Part shown: in pieces, positions 26,801 through 37,300 of the stretch
Numbering within the stretch: position 1 is the stretch's first letter
Layout of the letters: the number at the start of each line of letters is the position of its first letter
Source: Monocercomonoides exilis PA203
Lineage: Eukaryota > Protista > Preaxostyla
Direction of reading: 5' to 3'
Length of the DNA stretch: 64,000 nucleotides
Assembly: GCA_001643675.2 (NCBI GenBank)
Contig: LSRY02000004.1
Location: forward strand, 806,001-870,000
The notes under the pieces: model-generated
Seen by the model: the letters and a program-made list of their open reading frames with translations, nothing else
The model's database searches: none
Told to the model about the DNA's origin: nothing
Made by a program: the position numbers and the translations under genes

Positions 26801-27989
26801 CTTTGTTCTCTTCTTCCTGTGGCAATTCCTGTTCGTGATCTGGCTCTGCTTCTTCTTGCTCTGGTTCTTGTTCTTGTTCAGCTTCTTGTTCTTCAACTTG
26901 CTCTTTCTCTTCTTCATCGCCATAGCCAAAGGCATCTCCACCGTCTTCTTCTTCTTGAGGCTCCTGCTCCAATTCCTCCTGCGGTGCTTCTTCTGCCTCT
27001 TCGCTCGCAGCTCCAAAGTGGAACGATCGTGTCTTAACTTCTTCTTCTGCGCCTTCTTCCGCATTGGCATCCGCTTCTTCTTGTGGTGCTTCCTCTTCAA
27101 CTTCCATTTGTTCATCAATCTCTTCACCATTTTGCTCTACGGCATCGACAATCTCTTCTTTTGTTCCACTAAATCCTTCTTCCCCATATTCAGAACTTTG
27201 TTGTGCTTCCGCATCTTCTCCTTCTGGTTGAATCTCGCCTTCTGGAACAACTTCTTCTTGAAGTATGTCTTCTTGCTGGACTTCTTCTTCTTCAACTTGA
27301 TTTAAATCTTGTTGATCATAATTTTCTTGCTTTTCAACCTCATCGTCAGGAATTGCTTCTTCAGCACTTTCTTCTTCTTGTGGTTGCTCAAAAGCATTGT
27401 CATTATTCTCATTTTCTCCAAAATTAAATTCTCGTGTTTTAATTTCATCAACTTCTTGCTGTATCTCTTCATCTCCATTTTGATTGTTCTGTTCTTCTGA
27501 TTGAGGTGAATCATCAATCTCATTTCCCTCAAACTGCTCCTGATACTCCTCTTCTTGAGGTTGCTCTTCTTCTTGGATGCCTTCTTCTTGTTGTAGTTCT
27601 TCCTCCTGTTGTTGCTCTTGAGCATCATCAACAACTTCACCTTCAATTTGATTTTCTTCTTGATGTGTTGCTTCATCTTCAGCTTGTTGAATATCTTCAA
27701 ATTGCTCATTTTCTTGTTGAAATTCTTCTGTTTGTGGCTGGATATCTGCATCATATTCATCTCCAACTTGCATATTATCCTCATAATTATTTGTTTCTGT
27801 TTGTTCTTCGTGAAATGACTGTTCCGCAAAATTTTCTGGCTCTCCATTTTCATTTTCACACGTTTCAGTAACCTCTCCTTCTTGGTTGGCTTCCTGGCCT
27901 ATTTCATCGTATTCCACATCTTCTTGAGCAACTTCTTGCTCAGGAGAATCGTCAATAAAATTGTCTGGCTCGTAATCAGCAGTTTCCAT
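20808..27989 (-). CDS. 2393-aa Glu/Gln-rich, largely disordered protein with six basic ~48-aa repeats; function unknown
   Basis: Uninterrupted 7.2-kb ORF from ATG. Repeat consensus EVRQRQYKEAGERVSSIMKRKKEKDNKYREEVGRL. RGG tract and a helical C-terminal region. Confidence 0.85.
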   Translation of the reverse strand: METADYEPDNFIDDSPEQEVAQEDVEYDEIGQEANQEGEVTETCENENGEPENFAEQSFHEEQTETNNYEDNMQVGDEYDADIQPQTEEFQQENEQFEDIQQAEDEATHQEENQIEGEVVDDAQEQQQEEELQQEEGIQEEEQPQEEEYQEQFEGNEIDDSPQSEEQNNQNGDEEIQQEVDEIKTREFNFGENENNDNAFEQPQEEESAEEAIPDDEVEKQENYDQQDLNQVEEEEVQQEDILQEEVVPEGEIQPEGEDAEAQQSSEYGEEGFSGTKEEIVDAVEQNGEEIDEQMEVEEEAPQEEADANAEEGAEEEVKTRSFHFGAASEEAEEAPQEELEQEPQEEEDGGDAFGYGDEEEKEQVEEQEAEQEQEPEQEEAEPDHEQELPQEEENKEEAYDEKQYEDGFETQENPEQEAEYGEEAFDEAKEQEETGEGEENGEEQNEEVVQTRSYEYGGNGDDGAQEEEQPQPQEQDPEQEPEQEPESGQEQEQEQEAGYGEEVFEEEKEEEQQEEAEQVEQAEEEEVVEQEQEPEQEEQQEEEQEDEVVVKQRQYKAAGEKISTVMNKKRERDAKYRGEVDRLHEARKARSAKAVPQEEEVEEEGREEEPEQHEDEEEKEVKEEEEGGDGYNEEEFEANEEVQQEQEPEQEPEQEEADANGEDDNFGYGEEAEAEAEPEPEAEPEPEQEPEQEEDEYEVKQRQYKEAGERVSSIMKRKKEKDNKYREEVGRLNDARRTRASQKPAQEEEVEEQHEEEVEEEPVQQETEEDNYQEEGGNEQAEEAEAAEETGYENEFEEEKQEEEDDGYEVRQRQYKEAGERVSSIMKRKKEKEAKYREEVGRLKDARRTRASKTQQQKEDEAEAEEAEVKQDGDEYADEGYGDEGFEEVQGEVEPEQEVEQEDDEYEVRQRQYKEAGERVSSIMKKKKEKDNKYREEVGKLKEARRTRSVQKPIEVVEEEDDGDQPLEHNKEETQKNEEENGYDDQFEYGNEGFDEGAGADEQKGEEEIEPEPEPEEAEAEQEDDGYEVRQRQYKEAGERVSSIMKRKKEKDNKYREEVGRLNDARRTRASKTQQQKEDEAEAEEVVEEIQPEVGEEEEGAQDGYGYDDEGFEEEGQPTEVGEEEAGEDEEEARKREEEEEREREREREQEAKRKRQEQYDEAGQRIGAIMKTKKSKDEKYRSEVQKLKENKRKKKAEEEEKAREREERMKALQSQAKREREQLEQEEAAEEGEQNGQNDQNEREELDEREKERMLETPRQSRNGNILDDDDEDGNGVPDAEESRSPNNEPKPQPPHKNRQSRQGRNNASRASREEIPPPEVEPEKFKSAQPMQSKQRSSVSQQQPRRTSQARSSVHSSAKERGVKEDERGAVKERGRPHTSSQASIAAANERKSRTPQRKSQVRPLESPKRKSGKKRQSEKEKEEERLRKLEEKWYNRVMPATEVPLQPYDPLVSNDCPLVDSKQFRKAILHNMKDELDEDKLELLKRRREAVRRRDKQLKGEFPLREGTSQNQFAHASEGGMGRRGGMYGRGGGRGGMGGGRGMGGRGEGPPRRTRDVYVAGYRDGYRDRLIDSREEEEFNSTRGTRQSEGRKRGGDMERDGDWRYRAQETRDSMGYSERDRERERDRERDREYDERRERGNSRDMRSRERGASVGLPSIHNVQSESVPHDDGGYMFDDQPERQSRSGSRAGSRQGSRPGSRTGGSRAQSRGASARGRASGSGSAYPESRDAKERCFSSHRAMRPASSASAVSESVSASSLGQIMDELEQSVDDIVFGVFPDPQTRSEILQNELLSYKELKKEVKKKDGGKDLVKEEKKIMKKHKKSKKEAEKAEETEDDEYKDDAFEKEESEDSDSSSSSSDEEDEDKDKNKDKEGEENDELSETQVSLICSIEHEESEGLTHLSLHFDKAVRKLKALWAVLHVPVAERERILPLLPAPAPSLSSTSSPVSPAVSSSLSPSHEMSDTEKEKEAQRGPNVTLYGYKAVVDSIESLLPLVEHRRVLMRTLTVFRAFIAKFYSLVEEGVRYSALQQVISRVMNALTLSKQQLVDWVNMNEWNTTCLFRPRFDEASDLEREEAEFKRTLAKLASGEQMGLGVGETDRERVDSRDGRRDNARRPSPREEGEEYGREDEFSSVSPQRRTRRPMNEQQPMDRRERSERGEGGGRRTRNYDVDDGYYENVYDAERGADDSKEAWNARPDDGYAKSRPRRERARRDEFYADGENEGMEGAYGDEYDEGAQGRRQRRGQFDYEEDEFASTRGTRGTGDGEGEADTGAEGAAKKKKKKKKRTSGASGVSSQVVGVPYLMALKGGRVKDPVTAETEQWKRSHQNRLSYSRSSQGSSPPGNRARGAGSSSSGSSYPPQSAPYSAGGYPRDSQGRSSAARRVA

Positions 27990-28316
27990 AAAGCCGTTTT
28001 CAAATTTTTCTTCGGTTATGGTTATTGTCCTTTTATTTAAATTGTTGAATAGTCTTCACAAATAATGGAGAAGTTTCTAAATATTTCTTCAAAAGAAATT
28101 ATTTCTAAATCAAATACAAAAAAATATAAAACACATATCACCATTCCAAATGCATATAACAATAAAATTGTTTTGATCAAACAAAAGTCAATATGTCAGA
28201 AACCCAAAATCAAAAATGAAACTTTTTTTCCATAAAAATTTGAATAAACTATTTGTGGGGATATTAAAAAGAGCTTTTCGATTTTTTAATATTTATTTGT
28301 GTTATTATTATTAATA

Positions 28317-28574
28317 TGGGTGATCATTTTTTAATTCATTTTTTTTCAGTTTAAATTTTCGGTTGAAAAATTATCTTTGAATATATAAAAATGAACGCTT
28401 AAAAGTCAATACTCCAAATATAGACAATTTCATCAAGCATTGAATCGTAAACATTGTTTCAGAAAATTATTATTGTCTGTCATTCGTTTGTTTGAAAATA
28501 CTTTTTACAAATTAATGATACAGTTAAAGAATCAACACTCCGAAAAAAGTTTTTATTTCTAAAATAATCATCCA
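28317..28574 (+). mobile_element. ~255-bp MITE-like repeat, copy 1 (others at ~29573-29830 + and ~40885-41143 -)
   Basis: Termini TA|TGGGTGATCATTTT...AAAATAATCATCCA|TA. Internal blocks TTTCGGTT, AAATGAAC and AATCAA(C/T)AC(T/A)CCGAAA are shared with the other copies. Confidence 0.55.
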
Positions 28575-28821
28575 TATGTCTTAATTTTTTGGAAAGTTCC
28601 TTTTGTTTAATTTTCAAATAAAATAAAAATGTCATATTTTGATCAAATTTCTTTTCCCACTTACAAAACTTCACTGGAATGGAAATAATAACATCGAAAA
28701 GGTTCTGTTTCCATTCCAGTGGAGTTTTGTAAGTGGGAAAAGAAATTTGATCAAAATATGACATTTTTATTTTATTTGAAAATTAAACAAAAGGAACTTT
28801 CCAAAAAAATTAAGACATATG
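28573..28821. repeat. Near-perfect palindrome (~113-bp arms, ~22-bp loop)
   Basis: CATATGTCTTAA...CACTGGAATGGAAA pairs with TTTCCATTCCAGTG...TTAAGACATATG, with only one mismatch and one homopolymer indel seen. Confidence 0.9.
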
Positions 28822-29229
28822 AAACTTTTCCAATCAAAAAATTTCGAAAAAAACATTTTGTTTAAAAAATGAAGTTATGATTTTCCAAGAAAAAGAAAAC
28901 ACATAAATAGAAAATTTTTTATTTTTTCTTTCTCTAGCATTGAGTTAAAGAATATTGCAATGCAAAGAGCTTCTGACATGAAATTTTTTAAACTTATGAT
29001 AAAAACATTGCAATTATTTTCATCCTGAAAAAAAACAGTCAAAACCAATGCAATCACATCTAATATAATCATCGACGGTTATAATCACATTATTCAATGT
29101 ACCGACAATGTGAACATCTTTTTCGTTAATTATCCATTGGATATTATCACAGGGCCAAACATTTATAAAGTAATTTTTCCTGAAATAAGCATTATCCATT
29201 AAAAAATGATTTTACAATTGCTTTCAAGA

Positions 29230-30195
29230 ATTTTAAATATAAATATATATATTTTATCAAGACATTTGTGACATGATAAGAGAATATTGAAACAATAATA
29301 AAATGACAGACAAGATTTTGAAATTTTGTCAAAAATGGTTATATCTGATATTTTCATAATCATTGATAATTTTAATAAAATTATCAATATATTTACACAA
29401 AACAATTCAAGATGTTTTTAAAATATCTTATTTTCAATTTTGAATATCAAGCTCCCAATAATTATTTTTTATTGACTGGAAATGCAAGTTGAGGTATTTT
29501 TTTTCACAATTTACCATTCGTCCTAACTGACCGTCACTGACAAAAGAAAAAAAGAAAGATATTAAAGATGAAAAGAGCGATTATTTTTGAAATCATTTTT
29601 ATTCTTTATAAAATTTCGGTTCGAAATTTATTTTGATTATCTTCAAATGAACACTGAAAAGTTAACAGGCATTTAAAAAAGATCTTCGTCTTTTTTTTAG
29701 CTTTCACATTTGTTTTTTAAAACAGTCGTGATGAATTCAGCATTTGAATTCAAAATCTCTACCCAAAGGCACACAATCTTTGAAAAATCAATACACCGAA
29801 ATAAGTTATGATTTCAAAAATAATGACCCATATCATAAAATATTTTCTATAGCTCTTTTATTATTCTTTGGAAAACTTCTCTATCGTTTGTGTTTTTTAA
29901 ATTTTTATCAAATTTTATTTATTTGAAACATAACACTTGACTTCAGGAATTTTCAAAGAAAAATTTTGCATCTTTGATGAACTTTTTGTGATCAAAAAAT
30001 TTGAAAAAAATGGGTTCATTTTTTTGACATTCGTGAAATAATGAAAAACTTCATGATTTAATTTCAATGATGCCTGCTTTCAGATATGTTAATCCAATTA
30101 ATTTCGAAATCTGAGAGAGCGAAATAAAGACATGAGCGAAACTATTTTTTCATGCTTTGTGCATAAAAAGCTTGAAAGTCTGTATTTTCCCCCAT
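29230..30195. repeat. Dispersed repeat homologous to ~3990-4975, with a different insertion (~29560-29925)
   Basis: Same colinear blocks as 3990-4975. It lacks the 4230-4607 hairpin and contains MITE-like copy 2. Confidence 0.7.
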
Positions 30196-30572
30196 TTTTT
30201 TTACAATAAATTTTATGTTTTGGTATAAAATAAGACTCTTCCAATTTGTAAATTGATAAGGGACAGAATTCTTTCCTTTTCAAAAAATTCAATGATTTAT
30301 TTCAAAAATAAACTGCAATTGAATAATTATAATTCTGACATTTCGGTGTAATATGAAATATAAAAATATAAATAATTCGAGAAAAATCTTTGAAAGAACA
30401 GTGTGGAACAAAATTTATTTAGCAAAAAATTTCGTTCTGTATAAGTTAATAATTATGACAGACTAAAAGAGTTTTTATTTTCCTCATTTTTGCCCGAGAT
30501 ATTGAAGGAATTTTTTTGAGAAAATTCCTAAAACGAAAAAATATTATGTCTTGCGTTTCGGGTAAAAGGAGA

Positions 30573-31020
30573 TTATAGGGGAACACGAAATTTTCATATT
30601 TTTTATTATAAACGGACATAAAATAGTATAAGAATCATTTATTAATTAATTAAAATTTGAGATAATCAATCATAAAAATTTCTTTTTTTCAATCAAAACA
30701 TTTTGATCTGACCCAGTATTTTTTTAATAATTTGGGTAAAAATCATAAAAAATCTCCACATTAATAGATTGGTTTAGGTTCTAGGGTTAGCAAAACAAAT
30801 ATTGGGTTTAGGGTTTGTTCCCGTTCTTCTTTTTAGTGTTAGCACTCAAAAAATGACATGAAAATTTATTGATCTATCCCATAAATATTAAGAAACCTTG
30901 ATTATTATTTATCAAACAATTTGATGATCTCAAATTTTTATTAATTAATAAATGATTTATATACTATAAAGAATTCGTTAATAAAAAAAAAAAATATGAA
31001 AAATTCGTGTTCCCCTATAA
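30573..31020. mobile_element. ~445-bp TIR element (TA-flanked GGGGAACACGAA termini) with internal telomere-like motifs
   Basis: TTATAGGGGAACACGAAATTTTCATATT pairs with AATATGAAAAATTCGTGTTCCCCTATAA, and a second block ATCATTTATTAATTAAT pairs with ATTAATTAATAAATGAT. GGTTTAGG/TAGGGTTAG/GGGTTTAGGGTTT motifs at 30771-30815. Confidence 0.7.
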
Positions 31021-31323
31021 TATACATTTACCGCGTTTCGCATAATTTTTTAATTTATTCTTCAATCTGTGATAAAAAATTTGAATTTTTGAAAAAAAAA
31101 CGTGTAATTTTTCAAATTTATTCATATTTCTGTTCACAATTATCCTTGCATTACTATCCAATAATATGATTAAAAATTTAAAATGGTGAGAAAAATTCAA
31201 TATTGAGACTTGAAACAATAATCAAAAAGAAAAAAAATAATCATTCTCAACTAAAAAAGTCAATGTAATAAATAAAGGGTGCATGAATTTTTAATTTTCA
31301 GTTTTTTCAAAGCATCCGCATCC

Positions 31324-34300
31324 ATGGTGAGGTGCTCCACCAGCGAAAAAGTTGTATTCAATTTTTCTACATTGTTGCTTCTTGTTATTTACTGCTGCGA
31401 TGGCATAGACATTGCAGAAATACAAAATCAACAAGAAACGAAATGGGAGATGTCAGAAAGCACGATCAGCGTTGAAACGTGCGGCAACAAATACTCCAAT
31501 AAAAATGGCGTGGTTTCAGCAAAAGATATATTTTCATCAGGCGATCGTGTCAGTTGTGCTCACACAAGTGTGAATATCGTCAATACCTCGTTGTGTGTGA
31601 GCCATCTCACCATGGAACCTTTCAGCGACTATGCATTCCTCACGGCCCAACACCACTCAGCTGCCACCATCCTCTCCTCCACCTGCCAAATCCACACAGA
31701 TGCCAGCCATCCACTTTTCCTCTCTTCGCACAGCTCCCTTTTCCTCACCAACTTCTCCCTTGTCATCTCTCAACCAGCCCTCCTCTCCTTCCCCATCTTC
31801 TCCACCCCAAACAATCTCCTTCCAGATACACACTTCCCAATCACTACCTCCTTCACCATCTCCCACACCTCTTTCTCCTCTTTCATCTCCCTTTGCAATC
31901 CCTTCCTTTTTTCTCCTTTATCATCCTCTTCTTCTTCCCTTCTCCATCACCATTTCCAAGTCCATTTCGATATCCATCTCTCAAGCACACTCTTCACAAA
32001 TATCACCACTGCACCACAATCCACACACACCATCCCTGCCAAACCCACACACCCACACAACTCAATAACCGCCACCACCACAAATTCCACTTCAACCAAC
32101 ACCAATACCAATACAATCCCCTTCTTCTCTCTTCGCTCCTCTCTATCCATCCACTCAACCATCTTCCTCCACACCCACAATCCCATCGATGGTGCCATCT
32201 TCCCAAATCTCAACAGTCCATTCACTTCTCTTTCTGCTTTCAACACCTCTTTTCTTCACCAAACTCGATCTTCACCAAATGATCTTGTTAAATATTACGG
32301 TTCCGAAACTCAAAGAGCAAAACCTGGAAGATTGTCCTTTTCTGATTTTAATAGCTATCTCTTCGAATGGTGCACATGGGAAAATTCAAATAGTAGCTCT
32401 TCATCTGGTGGTGCACTTTTTGTTGAATGTGAAAATGCAAATCTTGCAATCGCTTCTTGTTCATTCGACAATTGCTCTAGTGGTGATGTTGGCGGTGCGT
32501 TGTTTTGTAGATATTTATTAAATGTCAAGATCTCAAAATCCAATTTCACAAGCTGTTCGGTTGCTCATGGAGGAGCAGCCGCAATATGGAATCCACAAGC
32601 AAATGCTGTTTGGATATTTACGGAAAATAAAGTTGAAAGCTGCAAAATAACAGGTTGGTGCGGAACTGGTTGGTATTTTGGTCTCTATTACATGACATCA
32701 AATTCAGAATTCCAATTTTCTAAATGTAAGTGTATTTCAAATTCAGGTAGTGATTCAACTGGTTCTCTGACATTCAATAATCCTCCAAATAAAATGCCGA
32801 CTCAGTTTTCAATCAATGATTGTCAATTTATTAATAACAATCTGACTACCTCAACAAATTACGGAGGTGCCGCACTTTATTTTCTTTCAACCTATTCATG
32901 GATGAGTGGGCTAAAATTCATCACTTTCTGTTTATTTGATGGAAACTCCGCCACTGACGGTAGAGGAAATGATGTATTCTTCAATGGAAGCAGCATCATA
33001 AAATCTCCGTTCGAGAATTGCGGCTCAACAACTCCAACAAATCGAGTATGGAATGCAGGAACTGCAACAAACGATGAGTACAACAGTTGGCTACCACTTA
33101 TTCCATCACACAAAATTGTTGCAAACAGCGGATCAGATGTTATTGCCTGTGGCAGACCACAACAGACCCCATGTGCCACCATCGAGTATGCCCTCAATTG
33201 CTTCATTTCACTTCTCCAAGACGCCTTCCTCACACTTCTCTCCTCAATATTTGTTCCTTCTCAAACGCTCACTTTCAGCGCAGTTGTTACAAAAATCATA
33301 GGAAATGGCACAACTGCCACTATCATTGTTTCCAGTGGCATTCCTCAATCTCTATCATCATCTTCTTCTACCTCTTCTGCCCTCTTCAAACTAACCCAGG
33401 GCTCCCTCACAGTCTCTGCCCTCGCCATCGCACACAACTCCACAAACACCATCACCCCCATCCTCTTCCACCTTTCCGAAAACTCCCCTTACCTCAACCT
33501 CAACACAACCACCATCACCGGAACAACATCCAATTCAATCACCACACCTCTCTTCTTCATCACTGCTGGCTCCCTCGCCCTCAACCACACAGCAATCACC
33601 AGTCTCGCCCTCAACAACCCCAGCATCTTCCACCTCACCTCCCTCACCGCTCCCCTCGCCCTCAACTCCTCCAACATCATCCACATCACCTCCACTACCA
33701 CCCCTGCCAGCTGTGTCCTCTCCTCTGCCACCTCCCCTGCCCTCTCCCTCTCCCTCACCAACTGCACCATCACCAGCATCAACTCAGAACAGTTCAGCCA
33801 ACAAACTGCCACCAATGGCGGGTGCATCTCATTCGCCTCATCTGCCCCTGCCAACTCCTTTTCAGTGAGTGATACCACCTTCTCCAGCTGCTCTGTGAGC
33901 GAGGATACAAGTTCTGGAGGAAGAGGCGGTGCTCTCATGATCGAGTTCAATGAAGGCTCATTGGTGTCAGAATCCTCCTTTTCCATCACCAATGTCGTGT
34001 TTTCAGGAAACAAGGCCAGTGTCGGAAGAGATATGTATTTTGTGTGTGAATCATTTGTCACTTCTGTGAAAAAGCCCTTGTTCGCTTTCATGACAAGCAT
34101 CACTCAGAAAGACAACTCGGTTGTTGGACATGATAGAACAGAAGCATTCGGTGATTGGAATGTCGATTTATTCATATTTTTCGATGGATATAAAGCTGAC
34201 TTAGTATATGTGGATGGCACATCTGGAGTGGATAAGGAATATTGCGGGCTGGAAAAGGCGCCATGCAAGAGTGTGGACTACGGGGTGGGGCATCTGAAGA

Positions 34301-37300
34301 GAACACAGAATATTAAACAGGAAATTATTTTATGCTCAAAATCGACTGTAACTGGATGCATTGATGTAGGGGGAATGTGTGTGAATGCCAAAGCTGAGAC
34401 ACTTATCGGCATCGAATGCCAAAGAGAAGTGAGTGACTCCGAAGAATGCTTTCTGAAATCTTCATCTGTAACAGAAATTGAGTTTATTGGAATTGTTATT
34501 CCATCGAGTTTTAACAGAACAATCTCAGCAGTGATTGAATCAAGCACTCAAAATGGAGAGTTGCACATGAAGAACTGTGAGATGAGTGTGAATGGAGGGA
34601 AGGAAAACACAATTGGATTTTTCTTGATTAAATCAACAGGAAAGATGGTTGAGCTGGAGTTTGTCACGATTTCAGATGTGAAATCAACAGTCTCGTTATT
34701 TTCGTTCTCTCTTTCATCTGCTAATGCGAATGAAGGAGAGAATGAGCAGGAATATAAAGTGAAATTGTTGAATTGCACAATGCAAGGATGCACTTTGGTG
34801 GAGCATTCATTTAGTGTATCTCCATTGATGATATTTTCTTCTCTTTTGTTTGAAAGCAACAACTTTTCAAATATTGAGAACACTGGAAGCGGTGAAGAAG
34901 GAGGTGCTGCAAAAGTGACATTACAAGGGAATGAAGAACTGGTGATCAAATCAACAAATGCATCATCTTGTTCACTTTCATCAGCCAATGGAAAAGGAGG
35001 GTTCTTGTATTTGGATTGTCAAAATTGTTTGAATGAGAAGTTATTTGTTTTTGATGTTGGCTTCACTTTTGAGAACAACAAAGCAGCAATTGGAAAGAAT
35101 GTGTTCATTTTGGGAAAGGATTTTAATAATTCAGTGACAAATGGCTCATTCAAGTTTGATTATTCCTCAATGATAAATGATAAAACTCTGTTTGTTGGGA
35201 GTGATGAATTTCATTCAAACAAAGATTTGTTCATGTTTCTTGTTCCATACAGCTCAACTGAGATATTTATCTCATCAAAAGGATTTGATGTTGCAAGATG
35301 TGGAAGTGAGGAAGAGCCATGCTTCACAATGTGGAAAGGGATGAAAAATGTGAAAGATGGAGACGATAAGAAGACAATTCAGATTGAAGGATCAACAACA
35401 ATTCGAGATTCATTCAACATGTCCAATTATCAGATCAAAAAGACTTCATCGATGGGAGAAGAAGATACAAAAGCAATATTGTATTTTGAAAAAGCAATTG
35501 GAAGTCAACTGGAATATTTTATGGAAAATTATAATCATCTTGAATTGATGAATATCCAACTGCAACTGACAACTGGATTTGACAACTCAGCCAAAACAAT
35601 TATTTCCAACAAAAATGGAGAATTGGTGATAACTGGATGTTCGTTCCATTCAGATGCAGAAGTGAACAATGGATTTGGTTGCGCATTTGTGGATGTGATT
35701 AGAGGAAGTGTGGATGTGAATGATTTGTCGATGGAATCGTGCAATGTTGGAAATAGCATTTTTGCGATTAACAATACTGGAGTTTCTTGCCATTTGATGA
35801 ATGTTCGAGTGGAATCGTTGAATGAAAGTGGAGGTTGCATTTTATCAATCAAGAAATCTGAAACAACAACAAAAACAAATGAAGAAGGAATAAATCTTGT
35901 GATTGAGAAATCATCATTTTCAGGGGTGAAGAGAAGTGACAATGGAGCAAGCGTTTTGGAGTCAAAAAGCGAGAAAAAGATATGTTTGGTTGTGAATGAG
36001 AGCGACATTACAGAAGGCAAGGCAGAATTGAGTGAAAAAGGAGGGGCAATATTCTTCATATTGGGCAGCTCTGGATCAATGAATATGATTGACTCAACAA
36101 TCACTCATTGCAGCTGCAGCAACAGCACAGGAAGAGGAGGAGGAGTGTATCTGGCAACAAAAGAAAGAGGAGGATTAAATTTCACATTTGTGGGGATGAA
36201 ATTCAATGCAAACACTGCAAAAGTGGGGAATGATATTTTCATTGAATGCTTCAACATCACATCACAGATCAATGAAAGTCAATTTCGGTTTGATCTTCGA
36301 GAGGGCTATTATTCACGGATGAATGCGATATTTGGGATTGATAGGTGTGATTACCAAAGTGATACAGATCTGATTGAATTTGTGACTATTCATCAGAGCG
36401 ACACAATCATTGTGAGCAGTATAAGTGGATTGAATGAAAAGAAATGTGGAACAAATGTTCTTCCATGCTATTCAATTGATCATGGGCTGATTCACTTGAC
36501 CTCAGATATTCTGAGTCTGATATTCATTGTTGAAGAAAGTGTGATAGGAGGAGAAATTGATCTGAAAGAAATGAGTTTGAATTCGAAGAGCAGAGAGATG
36601 TGTGAAGTTGAAGTGAAATCAAGCATTGGAAAAACAAGAGAGGCATTGGTAACAACAACAGGAGCAGTCTCATTGATGAGAGTGAACTTTGTGTTTGATT
36701 CGAATTTCATCTCTTCACATGAATCATTAATCTCTCCGGATGGAGGTATTCTTGAGATAATGAATTGTTCATTCACATCAAAACAATCGACTGAAGAAGG
36801 AAATATAGAATTTGCATATATTCCATTTCACATTATTAATACTGCAAAGGGAGAATTGCAACTTGATGGATGCACAATGTCAAATCTCATTCTTCAAAAA
36901 TCTTCAATATATCTATCATCACCAATTCCATCTGTAATTGATTCATTAACGATTTGCAATTCAACAAATAAAATTTCTCTTATTGAGATTAATGAATGTG
37001 GATCGTTGAATGTGGATCGATTATATGTTGGAAATGTCACAGTTGAAGAAAACGAAGAATCATTGATATCTTGCTTGTCAATGAAAAAGATGATGCAATT
37101 GACAAATTGCACAATAGGTGGAGTCAGCTCAAACAAAGCAAAAGGAAAATTGATGAAATTAGAGAATTGTACAGATGTGAAAATGGATAGCTGCATTTTC
37201 GATGGAAGTTCAAAGAAAAGAAATGGGCAGCATTTCAATGCAGAAGAAGAGACGTGCAGATGGGATGGATCTCTTGTGGATATTGTGAAGAGTTCCGTGA

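Noticed and set aside
20810-27871. Many long antisense and alternate-frame ORFs over the large genes
   Set aside because: These are shadow ORFs of low-complexity GAA-rich coding sequence with no protein-like motifs.
30771-30815. A true telomere or chromosome end
   Set aside because: Only a few degenerate units, internal to a TIR element, with genes on both sides.
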